From a virus, in IMG/VR virus record IMGVR_UViG_3300045988_092720: a stretch of DNA of 64,000 nucleotides; one strand, 5' to 3'. Position numbers and translations under genes: made by a program. Below the pieces are notes generated by a model. That model had not been told where the DNA came from. It did no database searches and saw only the letters and a program-made list of their open reading frames with translations. Below, piece after piece: positions 8,298 to 18,598 of this stretch (its first letter is position 1; every line of letters starts with the position of its first letter).

Positions 8298-10694
8298 CTA
8301 CCGAACTGGGCAATGTCCATCCTCGCATTCACTATCTTCATCAATCTCAAAATCTTTACCTACTGTTTGTAGTTCAAATTCATAACGATTAACTAAATCA
8401 TGGTCTAATGGTTCCATATTTGTTTTGAGCTCAATATACTCTTCACGTGTACATTCTTCATATGGCATTAATGGATAATAATCTTGATTTAAAGATAGGA
8501 AAGAAATACCAACTACGTATTTCCAGTTATTATCTAACCAGTCAATTACGTCTTCCCATTCATCTTCTTTAACCGTAACAGTAATAGATGTGTTATGGTC
8601 CACGTAATATCGTTGCATCATTTTATATTGCTCTAATTGTTCTAACGCCGATACGTTGTTTTTTGTAACAAGCGACTTAGACTTACAAGGGAAAGTAATA
8701 ACCTTAGTATTGCCATCGTCATCCTGACCAACTTCATTGTCAATTTTCCAACCTTTCAAATGTTTAACTGCTTGATATAAAGGAGAGTTTGTAGAAATAC
8801 GCACTCGTCTATAATAATATGGAGAGTGATTATAATGAACACCTGCGGAACAACCACTGATTAAGCCACCAGTACCATCTGGTTGTACTGTTGTATACAA
8901 TACAGGTCTAGGAGATTGATTAGCATCAGCGTATTCATTTGCAGCATCGTTAATCCACATCTTCATTAATACAAGCAGAGCTTCTTGGTCTGATTTACTT
9001 AAATTACCAGTAACAGCATCTTGCCAACCCGTAATAGAACAACCAATCAAACGGTCTCTATGGTGAATTTCTGACCAATCTTTCAATTCTAATTCAGGTT
9101 CTGTTAAACGATAACAAGCACGAGCAGATAATCTGCAAGCCTCTTTAAGCTGAGGTATCATTACATTACCACGTTCGTCGATAAATTTAGATACGTTAAT
9201 ATTAGTAAGATTACACACAGCTTTATTTGGCAACATAATTTCCGCACAGGGGTTGACAATAGCAAAATCAGTCCTACGTTCTTTAGCTGCTTTCACATTG
9301 ATAAAGCCAGGTTCTCCAGTTTCTTTAATAGAATACATCAATTTAGATAATTCTTCACGGCTCGGCTTTTCTTCTAAATACATAGAATTGTTAGACATAT
9401 AGCGGAAGTAATGCTCTGGGTCTAAATTCTCTTTAGCATGTAGCATTTCTTCGTCATCTGGACTGAATAAAATAAGTTCAGCCGTTCTTCGTGTACCACC
9501 AGCTACTACATTTTGTCCTACAATATTACAAATATCAGATACATTAATAGGTCTTAATTTGCCATTTGTACTTTCTTTAGTGATGATTTTATGGATTTTA
9601 TCAAACATCTCTTTAAGAGATTTAAAACCACTAGCATAACCACCAAATGTTTTAAGTGGGGCACCTTGAGGTCTAATATAACTGTAATCTAAAGAGATAG
9701 AACGAATTGTAACATCAGTCATAGCAGTAAGGTATTCATGTAAAGCCTCACACCAACCCTCTTTGCTATCACCAACAGTAATTACAAGGCTATTACCATA
9801 TTTTTTAGAGTTAGTATGTTCCAAAGTAGAACCCTGTGGGATTGGAGTTTTTACATGATAAATTTCTTTATCGGTATGGAAGTGCGGTAGTTTAGCCACA
9901 TCTTCTTTTAGTACACGGCAACCTACGCCAGTACCAACCATTAACAAATAGAACAATTCAGAGAATGCTCCTAATGTATCCATTACCATGCCAGAGCAGT
10001 TATACGCCGCTAATGGTGTTTTTTCTAACGCCTCAGTTCCGCCCATCCATAACATACGACCAGAAACACGTTGTCGTAAATTAAACATATTGTCAAATAG
10101 TTTTTCAGGCTCACCATCTTCGGTAGGCAGATACGAACAGTTACCATTAACAGCACGAGCACACGTTTCTTTCCATGTTTCACGTCTGTTTTTATCTGGT
10201 AGCCAACGAGAGTATGTACGAATGTAAACAAATTTAGCTAACTCATCCATACAATCTGGATAGTCAGGATACTGTGCTAAAAATGCGTCAGTTAATTTAT
10301 GTTTACTACGTGCCACGTCACGTTTTGTTTTGTATTCAATATATTTAATGGCGGCATCGCCATAACCATCATCATATAATTTATTATAAATTAAACGCTC
10401 AATATCATGAATTGTAACGTCCTTTTTTACATCTTTAATAATATTCCATACGTGCAAAGATACTTGGAATGGTTCTGCCAACATAGTTGGTTCCATAGCC
10501 ATATATGTAGCAAACATTGCTTTCTCTACTGCACGCTCAATTTTTTGACCTAAGTATTCCTCTTTTGTGCCATCACGCTTAATTACTTGCATCTTCCACC
10601 TCGTCATATAACAATTTAAAAATCTCTTTATCACAAGGGTATTGTTCATTATTGACACCAATAATAATTTTATCACCCTCGTTACAATGTACAA
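8298..10694 (-). CDS. ribonucleotide reductase large subunit with N-terminal ATP cone; likely class II (B12-dependent, NrdJ-like)
   Basis: ATP-cone VIKRDGTKEEYLGQKIERAV; active-site IVNPCAEIMLP (NPC.E rather than class I NLC.E); C-terminal CEDGHC Cys pair; likely true start MQVIKRDG at 10592 (GAGGTGG RBS). Confidence 0.6.
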   Translation of the reverse strand: MYIVTRVIKLLLVSIMNNTLVIKRFLNCYMTRWKMQVIKRDGTKEEYLGQKIERAVEKAMFATYMAMEPTMLAEPFQVSLHVWNIIKDVKKDVTIHDIERLIYNKLYDDGYGDAAIKYIEYKTKRDVARSKHKLTDAFLAQYPDYPDCMDELAKFVYIRTYSRWLPDKNRRETWKETCARAVNGNCSYLPTEDGEPEKLFDNMFNLRQRVSGRMLWMGGTEALEKTPLAAYNCSGMVMDTLGAFSELFYLLMVGTGVGCRVLKEDVAKLPHFHTDKEIYHVKTPIPQGSTLEHTNSKKYGNSLVITVGDSKEGWCEALHEYLTAMTDVTIRSISLDYSYIRPQGAPLKTFGGYASGFKSLKEMFDKIHKIITKESTNGKLRPINVSDICNIVGQNVVAGGTRRTAELILFSPDDEEMLHAKENLDPEHYFRYMSNNSMYLEEKPSREELSKLMYSIKETGEPGFINVKAAKERRTDFAIVNPCAEIMLPNKAVCNLTNINVSKFIDERGNVMIPQLKEACRLSARACYRLTEPELELKDWSEIHHRDRLIGCSITGWQDAVTGNLSKSDQEALLVLMKMWINDAANEYADANQSPRPVLYTTVQPDGTGGLISGCSAGVHYNHSPYYYRRVRISTNSPLYQAVKHLKGWKIDNEVGQDDDGNTKVITFPCKSKSLVTKNNVSALEQLEQYKMMQRYYVDHNTSITVTVKEDEWEDVIDWLDNNWKYVVGISFLSLNQDYYPLMPYEECTREEYIELKTNMEPLDHDLVNRYEFELQTVGKDFEIDEDSECEDGHCPVR

Positions 10695-11034
10695 TACCGT
10701 TTAATGTAAAGACCAATTCACCAGCTTTACTTTCACGGTATTTTAGTTTATTCGGTTTATGAACACATTGAGTCCATTTATAACCTTTGTGTGGTCCAAC
10801 AAAATCATGCTCAATATCAGCGATAATTTTTGTGAGAGAATAAGGTGGCTTATGTCTTGCAAGAAATGGTACAAGAGTTTCAAATGTTAAATACGGTAAT
10901 GAAACCATTTGACCTTGCACATTTTTACCAAATATACTGAGCACATTATTTTCTAGGATTACAAAATTTTCAAATCCTTGTTCTGTCATCTGTCTAAATA
11001 ATCTTGTTATATTTTCTTCTTGTGAAATTCTCAT
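10579..11034 (-). CDS. hypothetical protein (151 aa)
   Basis: ORF in the operon. Confidence 0.45.
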   Translation of the reverse strand: MRISQEENITRLFRQMTEQGFENFVILENNVLSIFGKNVQGQMVSLPYLTFETLVPFLARHKPPYSLTKIIADIEHDFVGPHKGYKWTQCVHKPNKLKYRESKAGELVFTLNGIVHCNEGDKIIIGVNNEQYPCDKEIFKLLYDEVEDASN

Positions 11035-11282
11035 TTTATTTTTTCCTCTAGGTCTTTTAATTTGTAATATGTACGTTGAATATAAAATTGATTAATTAAC
11101 ACATCAAATAGAATAAGAGTTAGCATAATCATCACGCCATTTTCTAGTCGCTGATTAATAACACCAAATGCAACAGCAATACAAGCATAAATCAATAAAG
11201 CTATTGCTTCTTTAATGCCCTCTTTGTTTTTACTGGCGAACTCTTTAATTTTTTCTTTCGTCGTTTTGGTTGGTCTTTGCAT
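11031..11282 (-). CDS. small membrane protein (83 aa)
   Basis: Two hydrophobic helices. Confidence 0.4.
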   Translation of the reverse strand: MQRPTKTTKEKIKEFASKNKEGIKEAIALLIYACIAVAFGVINQRLENGVMIMLTLILFDVLINQFYIQRTYYKLKDLEEKIK

Positions 11283-11443
11283 ACTACTACTTCCTTTTCA
11301 TGAAACCACTTACATTTACTACCAAATACAGAATAAAAGTATTCATCATTCTTGGGGTCATATTTGACTAAGCCAATCTTGATAACACCTTTGGGTGTTT
11401 CTACCATTGTTCCTAATTTAATTTCTCTATTCTTTGAACTCAT
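11201..11443 (-). CDS. hypothetical protein with basic C-terminal tail (80 aa)
   Basis: Overlaps 11031..11282 by 82 nt in another frame. Confidence 0.35.
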   Translation of the reverse strand: MSSKNREIKLGTMVETPKGVIKIGLVKYDPKNDEYFYSVFGSKCKWFHEKEVVVCKDQPKRRKKKLKSSPVKTKRALKKQ

Positions 11444-11618
11444 ATTTCCCTACTACAACCCCATTATCTAATATTACCAATGCTTGTAATTGTACAGCAT
11501 CACATAATAAATTGACTGGGACACCGACCATACGTCTAAGAAACATAGCTTGCTCCATACAGTATTCTATAAACGCATTTTCATTCCGTGATACATATTC
11601 GTATTCTCTTAATGTCAT
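11427..11618 (-). CDS. hypothetical protein (63 aa)
   Basis: ORF. Confidence 0.3.
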   Translation of the reverse strand: MTLREYEYVSRNENAFIEYCMEQAMFLRRMVGVPVNLLCDAVQLQALVILDNGVVVGKYEFKE

Positions 11619-12055
11619 GTATGCCCCACCATCTTTTCATGTATTACTGTACGATTTTGTCTGCAAACATTTTCATAAATCATTTTACAGTCAAAATAAA
11701 CACGCTTCAATAAATCAATTTGTGTTTGAACTAATCTCTGGTTGTATACTGTTTGAGTATAATCTTTCCATGCACCTTGCACTTCTTCATGTGTAGTAGC
11801 AATACGGTCCCCCTCAGTAACCTTATTTGAACTTTCACGACTAATTTTAGCATGAGTTGCTTTTGCGAAGCGTTCTAAATCAGATGCTCTTTTGTTAATT
11901 TCGTGTGATAATTCTTCAAAACTAGGTATTAATAAGGAGGACTCTTTCATCAAATAGAATGCTGTGTCTGCATCATTATCTTGTAATGTTTTATACATTT
12001 CACAAATTTCATCAGACAATTCTTTGATTTCTTCGTATTGCATAATAATTACCAC
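11615..12055 (-). CDS. hypothetical protein (146 aa)
   Basis: ORF. Confidence 0.45.
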   Translation of the reverse strand: MVIIMQYEEIKELSDEICEMYKTLQDNDADTAFYLMKESSLLIPSFEELSHEINKRASDLERFAKATHAKISRESSNKVTEGDRIATTHEEVQGAWKDYTQTVYNQRLVQTQIDLLKRVYFDCKMIYENVCRQNRTVIHEKMVGHT

Positions 12056-12294
12056 TCCATAGCTTCAGTACAAGCACCGAATTTAATAATAAGATTGCCC
12101 ATCATCTTCTTAGCTTTGTCTTCATCATTAAATTTAGCAATCACTTCTGTTCGACCATTCGCCAAGGAGCCCTTGATATTATAACCAATAACTAAATTTT
12201 TATCTGTATCATCATACACAGCAGAGATAAAGACAGATTGGCATTCTAAGATTTTAGAACAATCTTTATTTACTATTCTCATTGGCTTCACCAC
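12049..12294 (-). CDS. hypothetical protein (81 aa)
   Basis: ORF. Confidence 0.35.
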   Translation of the reverse strand: MVKPMRIVNKDCSKILECQSVFISAVYDDTDKNLVIGYNIKGSLANGRTEVIAKFNDEDKAKKMMGNLIIKFGACTEAMEW

Positions 12295-12514
12295 CTTTTA
12301 CTACCATTTCTTCTAACGCATCTAATGTTTCTGCTACTAGAATTTCAGCCGTATCATAACGATTAGTCGCACGATTTACAATGTCAATTGTAGCAGCATT
12401 CGCTGATGCGATTACTTGCAATAAGATACCAGAGTTTTTAATATTGGTATCAAAACTTACTACACCATCTTCGCTCAATGTAATATTAAAATATTTCTTC
12501 TCTTTTAATTGCAT
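12266..12514 (-). CDS. hypothetical protein (82 aa)
   Basis: ORF. Confidence 0.35.
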   Translation of the reverse strand: MQLKEKKYFNITLSEDGVVSFDTNIKNSGILLQVIASANAATIDIVNRATNRYDTAEILVAETLDALEEMVVKGGEANENSK

Positions 12515-13160
12515 CGTATAATTCCTCTTTAATGAAAAATAATCTAGGTAAATATGGTCTACTGATTACAACCATATCACTATTATCCTGATTGAAATAT
12601 TTTTCAATCTTTTTAAGACCTTTAGGCTCTTTAGGAATTGCTTCTCCAAAGTCTACCTTATTAATCAACGCTTCAAATAAATCTTGGCGTAGCATATAAG
12701 CGAAACCTGTGTAATAAATAGGACCATCTTCGGCTTTTTTATACAACCCATCAGTATTAACATCACGTTTACTTTCGATGGTGTATATTTTGTCGCCAAT
12801 ATCCCATTTTAAATCACCAGACATTCGTTTAGCAATTTCGCTATCACCATAACCCTTAATAGCATTTGTAAGTTTAAAAGCACCTGAAGCAGGTACAGCG
12901 TGTACATTGAGGTGTTTTGACTCTAGGTATTTTAACAAATCATTCTCTGCTTTCCTACCATTACGTCTATTGGCTTTTCCTCTCTTACTTGCCGTAGTCT
13001 GCTTCTTTGCTTTCTTTGCTAACTTGCGTTCTAGCTTATCTTCCTCTTGTCGAGGTGATAAAATATTAGGGTTTTTAGGTTGATATAGGTTATAGTTATC
13101 ACAGTACCAACAACTATCCTTTGGTATTTTGCAATTCGCCTTTACCTTGCATTTCGTCAA
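12486..13160 (-). CDS. hypothetical protein (224 aa)
   Basis: ORF; N-terminal Cys cluster CKIPKDSCWYCDNY. Confidence 0.45.
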   Translation of the reverse strand: MTKCKVKANCKIPKDSCWYCDNYNLYQPKNPNILSPRQEEDKLERKLAKKAKKQTTASKRGKANRRNGRKAENDLLKYLESKHLNVHAVPASGAFKLTNAIKGYGDSEIAKRMSGDLKWDIGDKIYTIESKRDVNTDGLYKKAEDGPIYYTGFAYMLRQDLFEALINKVDFGEAIPKEPKGLKKIEKYFNQDNSDMVVISRPYLPRLFFIKEELYDAIKREEIF

Positions 13161-13434
13161 TCATCAAACTCCCTAATACGCAATAAACAATAATATCATG
13201 TAATCGTTCTTGTGCATCTGGTAATTTCAACCCATTTTCAGCCAATGCTAAATCATGTTTACCTTTATAAACAAGTAGAGCATCAAACATAGATTGGATA
13301 CTACCATCACCATGAACTAAACCAGCCTTACGGAATGCTGACAAGATATCTTTACCATCGGAATATTGTTCACTTTTCTTTACGAATAGGTCGATAATCG
13401 TATTGAGTTTATTGGTAAAATCTTTAGTCTGCAT
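13114..13434 (-). CDS. hypothetical protein (106 aa)
   Basis: ORF. Confidence 0.4.
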   Translation of the reverse strand: MQTKDFTNKLNTIIDLFVKKSEQYSDGKDILSAFRKAGLVHGDGSIQSMFDALLVYKGKHDLALAENGLKLPDAQERLHDIIVYCVLGSLMIDEMQGKGELQNTKG

Positions 13435-13936
13435 TTAAACCCTCCGCAATACCTAACAATAATTCTTGTACTTCTGTTGGCAATTCATCAAAGTCTACAT
13501 CCTTGCCATTTAAATCATAGCAACAACCGAATAAACCACTTTCTTGAATACAGTTATCTTCGAGTGGCTCTCCTGTAAATGCATCATAACCCATTTCATT
13601 TGGGTCTTCATATACTGGCTCATCTTCAAAAGTAGCACTTGTTTTTTCAAGGTGGTCAATCATTACATCATAGAATACATCAACATCAACACCTAATTCA
13701 TGTGCAACAATTTCAGAATAGATAGCAGTAATATCCTGAATGGATAAATTGCCAACCTTAACACCAACTGCACCATTTTCTTTTACTTCTGCTTTTAAAA
13801 ATCCTTTTGTTTTAATCATGTAATTCCCTTCCTTTGTCGCAAAATTGCCAAACATTACAATAACTCTTGCATTTTCTTCCTCCCCAACATTCTCTATGTC
13901 TACAAGGTGGGGGCATTTCGTTGTTTTCCAACGCAT
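13424..13936 (-). CDS. hypothetical protein (probable true start 13819, 131 aa)
   Basis: Track start overlaps the upstream gene by 125 nt; internal ATG 13819 has an AAGGAAGGGAAT RBS. Confidence 0.4.
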   Translation of the reverse strand: MRWKTTKCPHLVDIENVGEEENARVIVMFGNFATKEGNYMIKTKGFLKAEVKENGAVGVKVGNLSIQDITAIYSEIVAHELGVDVDVFYDVMIDHLEKTSATFEDEPVYEDPNEMGYDAFTGEPLEDNCIQESGLFGCCYDLNGKDVDFDELPTEVQELLLGIAEGLNAD

Positions 13937-14720
13937 ATATTAAGTCCTGACTTTTCTTTCTCATATATCTTTCGACCCAAATATCTGAGATTTTATTAAT
14001 CGGGACTAAATAACTTGGTTCTGTAATACCACGGCTAGTAGCTATATGTGTATTACCATCACGTACAAGAATTTGACAACACATATTATTTACTGGTAAT
14101 TTTAACTTACTTTCAATCTTCATACGGTAATCATTTAATTGTACAGCTAAATCAAATCTTAGGTGAACACCATCTTTGCGTAATACATTAACGGTTTTCT
14201 TTTGACCCTTTTTAGCACCAGATTTATAAATATAATCAGTTTCTACCTTTTCCATATAATACCCTAATGTATGGGCTGCTTTATAGCTACCATATGTTTT
14301 AGTATCAACTAATGTGCCACCATTTTCAGGTGTATAATAATCGAATGCACCAGTGGAATAATCATCTTCGATACGTATTTCAGCCACTTCACCATGAGCT
14401 GTGCCTACATGACTTTCTAAACCACCGTGTACTTCTGTACCAAACAACATGAATACAGAGTCTTTAGGTGAGATATGATACTTTTGTGTAAGTTCAAGGA
14501 AAACTTCACGTGTACCTTTGAGTAACTGTGTGGTAGATGGTTTACCTGTCCATTTACGTTGTTCTGAAATGGCACGTAATGTTTGTAGGCTCATACATCT
14601 ACCAGCAGGTACCCAAAGTTCTCCATCATCATTATATTCACCACATAATCTGCATTTAGAAAGGCATTCGTCAATATAAATTAAGTTTCCATCTGGACAT
14701 TTATAATTGATATATGGCAT
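13812..14720 (-). CDS. putative PD-(D/E)xK nuclease with C-terminal Cys cluster (Cas4/RecB-like)
   Basis: N-terminal CxxC pairs and C-terminal CRHRECWGGRKCKSYCNVWQFC cluster typical of Fe-S Cas4-like exonucleases; weak call. Confidence 0.35.
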   Translation of the reverse strand: MPYINYKCPDGNLIYIDECLSKCRLCGEYNDDGELWVPAGRCMSLQTLRAISEQRKWTGKPSTTQLLKGTREVFLELTQKYHISPKDSVFMLFGTEVHGGLESHVGTAHGEVAEIRIEDDYSTGAFDYYTPENGGTLVDTKTYGSYKAAHTLGYYMEKVETDYIYKSGAKKGQKKTVNVLRKDGVHLRFDLAVQLNDYRMKIESKLKLPVNNMCCQILVRDGNTHIATSRGITEPSYLVPINKISDIWVERYMRKKSQDLIYALENNEMPPPCRHRECWGGRKCKSYCNVWQFCDKGRELHD

Positions 14721-14994
14721 CTTTATCCTCTTTGTAAAAATATACTTTAATATCTTGAGGTCCTACATGACCAGTAACATAGCTATATTCAACAAGAATA
14801 ATACGACCATCATTACATTCAAAAACTTTTGTAACGTACGAACACCAATCATCATTGTCATTGGTAATATATTGACCAACCTCTTTAGCGAAACCAATAG
14901 GATAGTCAATAAACATAAGTGGGTCTTGCAAGGCACGTTTAAGTTCTTTAATATTTTCTTTTGTCATAGTTCTTTTAAATATATGTGTATGCAT
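14701..14994 (-). CDS. hypothetical protein (97 aa)
   Basis: ORF. Confidence 0.4.
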   Translation of the reverse strand: MHTHIFKRTMTKENIKELKRALQDPLMFIDYPIGFAKEVGQYITNDNDDWCSYVTKVFECNDGRIILVEYSYVTGHVGPQDIKVYFYKEDKDAIYQL

Positions 14995-15014
14995 TTATCT
15001 TAAATCACCTTTAC

Positions 15015-15191
15015 TTAATATTCAAAATCAGGCGGACCAAATACAGGGCGACGATTAAAATCAATATAATGACGATTATTACGACGCATCCATTCTAATT
15101 GTGAGCCTGTCGGACCATAACACGGTTCGCCAAAACTTCTTTTATATACTTTCTCTTGATGTTCTTCTTGGATAGATTTTACATTGTCCAT
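15015..15191 (-). CDS. hypothetical small protein (58 aa)
   Basis: AAGGAGG RBS, ATG 15191; directly downstream of a promoter; <60 aa so not in track. Confidence 0.4.
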   Translation of the reverse strand: MDNVKSIQEEHQEKVYKRSFGEPCYGPTGSQLEWMRRNNRHYIDFNRRPVFGPPDFEY

Positions 15192-15212
15192 AATAGCCTC
15201 CTTATATTATAT

Positions 15213-15241
15213 ATAATAGCATATTAATTATCAGCTGTCAA
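15213..15241 (-). promoter_or_regulatory. sigma70-like promoter TTGACAGCTGA-17-TATTAT
   Basis: Minus-sense TTGACAgctgataattaatatgcTATTAT; the -35 lies in the last codons of the primase-helicase gene. Confidence 0.45.
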
Positions 15242-17203
15242 TACTTCTTCTAATCGTGAAGTATGTATATTGTACTTTAATTCAAACATTGGTGGACCAT
15301 TCATACCATCACGTGCTTTCTCTACTTTACATCGTGTAATATTGCGAAGCTCTTGCTGTTTTTCTAATGATAAATTAGGTGCCCTATCAGGTCTCCATAT
15401 CATAAGAATATAATCAGCCGATGCCTCCAAATCACCAGTCATTCTTAATTGGTTCATTGTCGGCTCTTCGTATGTATTACCACTACGGTTAAGCTGTGAT
15501 AACATGGTGAAAATTACGTTATATCGTTTAGCAATGCCTTTCATCATAAGAGCTTGTTGGCTTGCACCATCGTAATCACCTGCACCTTTTAAATAGGTAA
15601 AGTAATCAACAACGATAACATCTACTCCGCCATCCATAATATTGCGTGTATTAATTGTATTAATATAACGCTCTATATCATGCATAGATAAATTGTTCTC
15701 ATCTACAATATACAACTTTTTACCAATTTTTTCAAGTACTTGATTGACAACTGGGTCGTTGTTCATAATCAATTCTTTAACTTCTGATATACGTTTTTTA
15801 AGTATCTTGCACACAATACGTTCCATAATTTTGCCACGTGGCATTTCTAAACTAAAGAACACTACATTAGCTTTATTTTGAACTATCTGTCGCAAGATAT
15901 ACTCAATAGCTATATCACTTTTGCCTGACGAACTGTAAGCCCCTATCAATAAAACTTGCCCTTTAGATATACCACCAATACAATTATCTAGCAACTGGAA
16001 ATGAGTAGGGTATGTACCACGCTTATAAATATCACGCAATTGATTTAAGCTACTAGACGCATCGTGTAATGTTTCAACAATATCCTCTTCAGCAGATACC
16101 CCACTATCAAAATACGCCTTTAAATCAGATACGTCTCTATCCCAAATTTGACCAAGAGCTTTAATGGCTTCTGCTCTAATCATAGGAGACCGTATTGTTT
16201 TAAGGAAAGCCTCAGCAACAACATACTGTTGTTCAATTGTCTTGTATTGTTTAATTACTTGTTTGATTGTAAAAATATCAATATGTTCCGTAGGTAAATC
16301 TTGTAAATTATATCCTGCACATAACAAGTCATTAATATCTTTACATTCTTCTGGCATAATTAGAACACGTACATTCACGCGAGGTAGCATTGCTTGGAAA
16401 TGGTCTCTTGTACGTGGTAAATGCTTAACACCAGCTTCGTCATTATCAGGACAAATTACTATCGTAATTTCTTTACGCATGAAATTACCTAATTTCTTAA
16501 TCTGGTCTTTATGTAATTCACTACCACAATAAGCTACCGTTGGAACACCCATTTGATGACCACTAATAGCATCCATATATCCCTCACATAAGTAAAGAGT
16601 ATCTTTAATATGTTTCCTAGCTAAATCTAAATTAAATAAAAACGCTGATTTCTTATATAAGATACTATTGGGAGTATTCTTATATTTAGGCTTTTTATTG
16701 AATTGTCTGATTGCCAAGCTCACATGTTGTCCATGCTCATTTCTTAAAGGAATTGTTAGACAATCATTATGGAACCCCAATTTAAAATCGTTGATTGTAT
16801 CATCTGATAGCCCACGCTTATGTAAATACTCTGTAATCTGTTTGACATTCTTGTGGTACATTTCTGCTTCTCTAGTAAATCTCATTTCTTCACTAGCTTC
16901 TAATTGGTATTCCTTGTTGTCTTTCAGACTAATATTACATTCATTTGCCAGTATTTCAGTAGCTGCACGATAACTAATCTTTTCTTTATCAGATAGAAAA
17001 TTAATTACACTACCGCCACACTCACAACTAAAGCAATAGAATGAATTAGTATCAGGGAAAACCACTAATGTTTCTGATGTATCATCACTTTCATGTAATG
17101 GACACTTCCCTTTCCAATATCGACCGCTTTGATGTAAATTAGTATATTTGCCGATAAAGTCTATAATATCTACTTGTTGCATTATAGTTTCGGTTATATT
17201 CAT
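15224..17203 (-). CDS. bifunctional DNA primase-helicase (zinc-finger + TOPRIM + DnaB/RecA-like helicase)
   Basis: CPLHESDD...CFSCECGG zinc finger; central TOPRIM-like region; C-terminal Walker A GAYSSSGKSD and DnaB-like helicase motifs. Confidence 0.7.
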   Translation of the reverse strand: MNITETIMQQVDIIDFIGKYTNLHQSGRYWKGKCPLHESDDTSETLVVFPDTNSFYCFSCECGGSVINFLSDKEKISYRAATEILANECNISLKDNKEYQLEASEEMRFTREAEMYHKNVKQITEYLHKRGLSDDTINDFKLGFHNDCLTIPLRNEHGQHVSLAIRQFNKKPKYKNTPNSILYKKSAFLFNLDLARKHIKDTLYLCEGYMDAISGHQMGVPTVAYCGSELHKDQIKKLGNFMRKEITIVICPDNDEAGVKHLPRTRDHFQAMLPRVNVRVLIMPEECKDINDLLCAGYNLQDLPTEHIDIFTIKQVIKQYKTIEQQYVVAEAFLKTIRSPMIRAEAIKALGQIWDRDVSDLKAYFDSGVSAEEDIVETLHDASSSLNQLRDIYKRGTYPTHFQLLDNCIGGISKGQVLLIGAYSSSGKSDIAIEYILRQIVQNKANVVFFSLEMPRGKIMERIVCKILKKRISEVKELIMNNDPVVNQVLEKIGKKLYIVDENNLSMHDIERYINTINTRNIMDGGVDVIVVDYFTYLKGAGDYDGASQQALMMKGIAKRYNVIFTMLSQLNRSGNTYEEPTMNQLRMTGDLEASADYILMIWRPDRAPNLSLEKQQELRNITRCKVEKARDGMNGPPMFELKYNIHTSRLEEVLTADN

Positions 17204-17210
17204 ATATACC

Positions 17211-17543
17211 TCATAAGTTTAAAACATCATCCAAGCTATAACTTTCTACTTTTTCTATCTTAACATTACGCATTTCTTTTTCATTGTGTTTCTTTATACG
17301 ATAAAGCCTATATTGTTCTGCATCATGATACATTTCAGTTAATGTCATAATTTGTTTTTCAGGCTTATCTTGTAAATATTTTAATACCTTTTCTAGCGTA
17401 TTTTCATCTTGCTTATAGAAATGTGCTCGGATTTTAAAATAGGAGGGGTTAAAACCCCTCTTTAGAAATACAGGTTCGTCAGTACATTTTTGCATGAATA
17501 ATCGTGTTATTGCATCAAAAATGTTAAACTTTTTGGTACTCAT
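17211..17543 (-). CDS. hypothetical protein (110 aa)
   Basis: ORF. Confidence 0.4.
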   Translation of the reverse strand: MSTKKFNIFDAITRLFMQKCTDEPVFLKRGFNPSYFKIRAHFYKQDENTLEKVLKYLQDKPEKQIMTLTEMYHDAEQYRLYRIKKHNEKEMRNVKIEKVESYSLDDVLNL

Positions 17544-17815
17544 TTTATCACCGCATAAGATGCTCCATGCGTTCCCCTAATATCAATACGCTCAATATAT
17601 CCTAGGTCAGAAAGAATTTTAACGCCTCGCCAAGCAGTCATACGACCAAAACCAATACCCTCTGCAATTTCTGGCATGGTTAATTTGATGAATTTTTTGC
17701 CAGCTAAATCGTATCCATCTTCTTCTGCACGTCGTTTAATATACCCATGAACCAATGCTACTGTGATATTAAGCTCATGTAATATTTTTAAATCAACAAC
17801 AACACTATCAATCAT
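17540..17815 (-). CDS. winged helix-turn-helix DNA-binding regulator
   Basis: LTMPEIAEGIGFGRMTAWRGVKILSDLGYIER, a HTH pattern. Confidence 0.45.
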   Translation of the reverse strand: MIDSVVVDLKILHELNITVALVHGYIKRRAEEDGYDLAGKKFIKLTMPEIAEGIGFGRMTAWRGVKILSDLGYIERIDIRGTHGASYAVIK

Positions 17816-18503
17816 TTAGTTCACCTAACCTTTTTTGACTATGTTTTTTAGTTTCTTCATCAAAGCTAGATTGTTCAACAACCCAACGCAAATAATTTAC
17901 ATCGCTAATTTCAGAAATTGCTTTATTCGCATATTTACCTTTTGTAAATCGTGGAGTATCATCTTGTTGTGGTTCTTCGTTTGAACTGAAAATAGGATTG
18001 TCGTCGCTTTGTACTTGTGCGTGAACTTGTTGGTGACCTTTAGGTAAAGCCCACAAAGGCAAACGAGGAGGCTCAAATTTATTATAAGGTCCAAGATTAA
18101 CCCAACTTTCAGTTAAATTATATAAATAACGACCAATGCCAAACTGAACTGCCGCACGCTTCATACTATCAGACAAACCACCTTTAATTGGTTCAATATT
18201 AGTACAGCTCGCACCGTCTTCACGTGCTAAACAACGAGGACCATCTTCGGTATCAATAATAATATTTAATTCACAAATATAACCATTATCGCCACCACGA
18301 GATGTTTCTCTATATCTGTTAAACCATTTATCTGGTCCAACTACATCATCTAGGCGGTCCATAATCGCACGGTTAGTTACATATGGTAATACCATAGCTT
18401 TTTTACCGTCTTTTGATTTTTGACAAATTCGCCACTGAATATCCTCTGGTGGAAATGGTTCTTTTAACGCATCAAATATTTCTTTCATTGTTTTCTTTGC
18501 CAT
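17808..18503 (-). CDS. Rad52/Sak-like single-strand annealing protein
   Basis: PYVTNRAIMDRLDDVVGPDKW...YICEL...KRAAVQFGIGRYLY resembles the Rad52 N-terminal fold. Confidence 0.45.
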   Translation of the reverse strand: MAKKTMKEIFDALKEPFPPEDIQWRICQKSKDGKKAMVLPYVTNRAIMDRLDDVVGPDKWFNRYRETSRGGDNGYICELNIIIDTEDGPRCLAREDGASCTNIEPIKGGLSDSMKRAAVQFGIGRYLYNLTESWVNLGPYNKFEPPRLPLWALPKGHQQVHAQVQSDDNPIFSSNEEPQQDDTPRFTKGKYANKAISEISDVNYLRWVVEQSSFDEETKKHSQKRLGELND

Positions 18504-18518
18504 AATCTTTTTCCTTTC

Positions 18519-18555
18519 ATAAAATAAAATAAGATGTAGGGGAGGCTTGCTCCCC
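18519..18555 (-). terminator. intrinsic terminator/attenuator after the polymerase gene
   Basis: GGGGAG-gcttg-CTCCCC hairpin, then T-rich tract on the minus strand. Confidence 0.45.
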
Positions 18556-18569
18556 TCGTGGACAACCTC

Positions 18570-18598
18570 AGTCTACCACCCCCTGCTCAGGCTGTCAA
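18570..18598 (-). promoter_or_regulatory. promoter-like TTGACAGC-17-TAGACT inside the 3' end of the polymerase gene
   Basis: Shares the extended -35 TTGACAGC and upstream GTCAGC element with 8255 and 23619; weaker -10. Confidence 0.35.

Noticed and set aside
7952-8350. 132-aa version of the ORF downstream of RNR
   Set aside because: The extended N-terminus would read through a promoter/hairpin and overlap the RNR stop in another frame; internal ATG 8233 with an RBS is the credible start.
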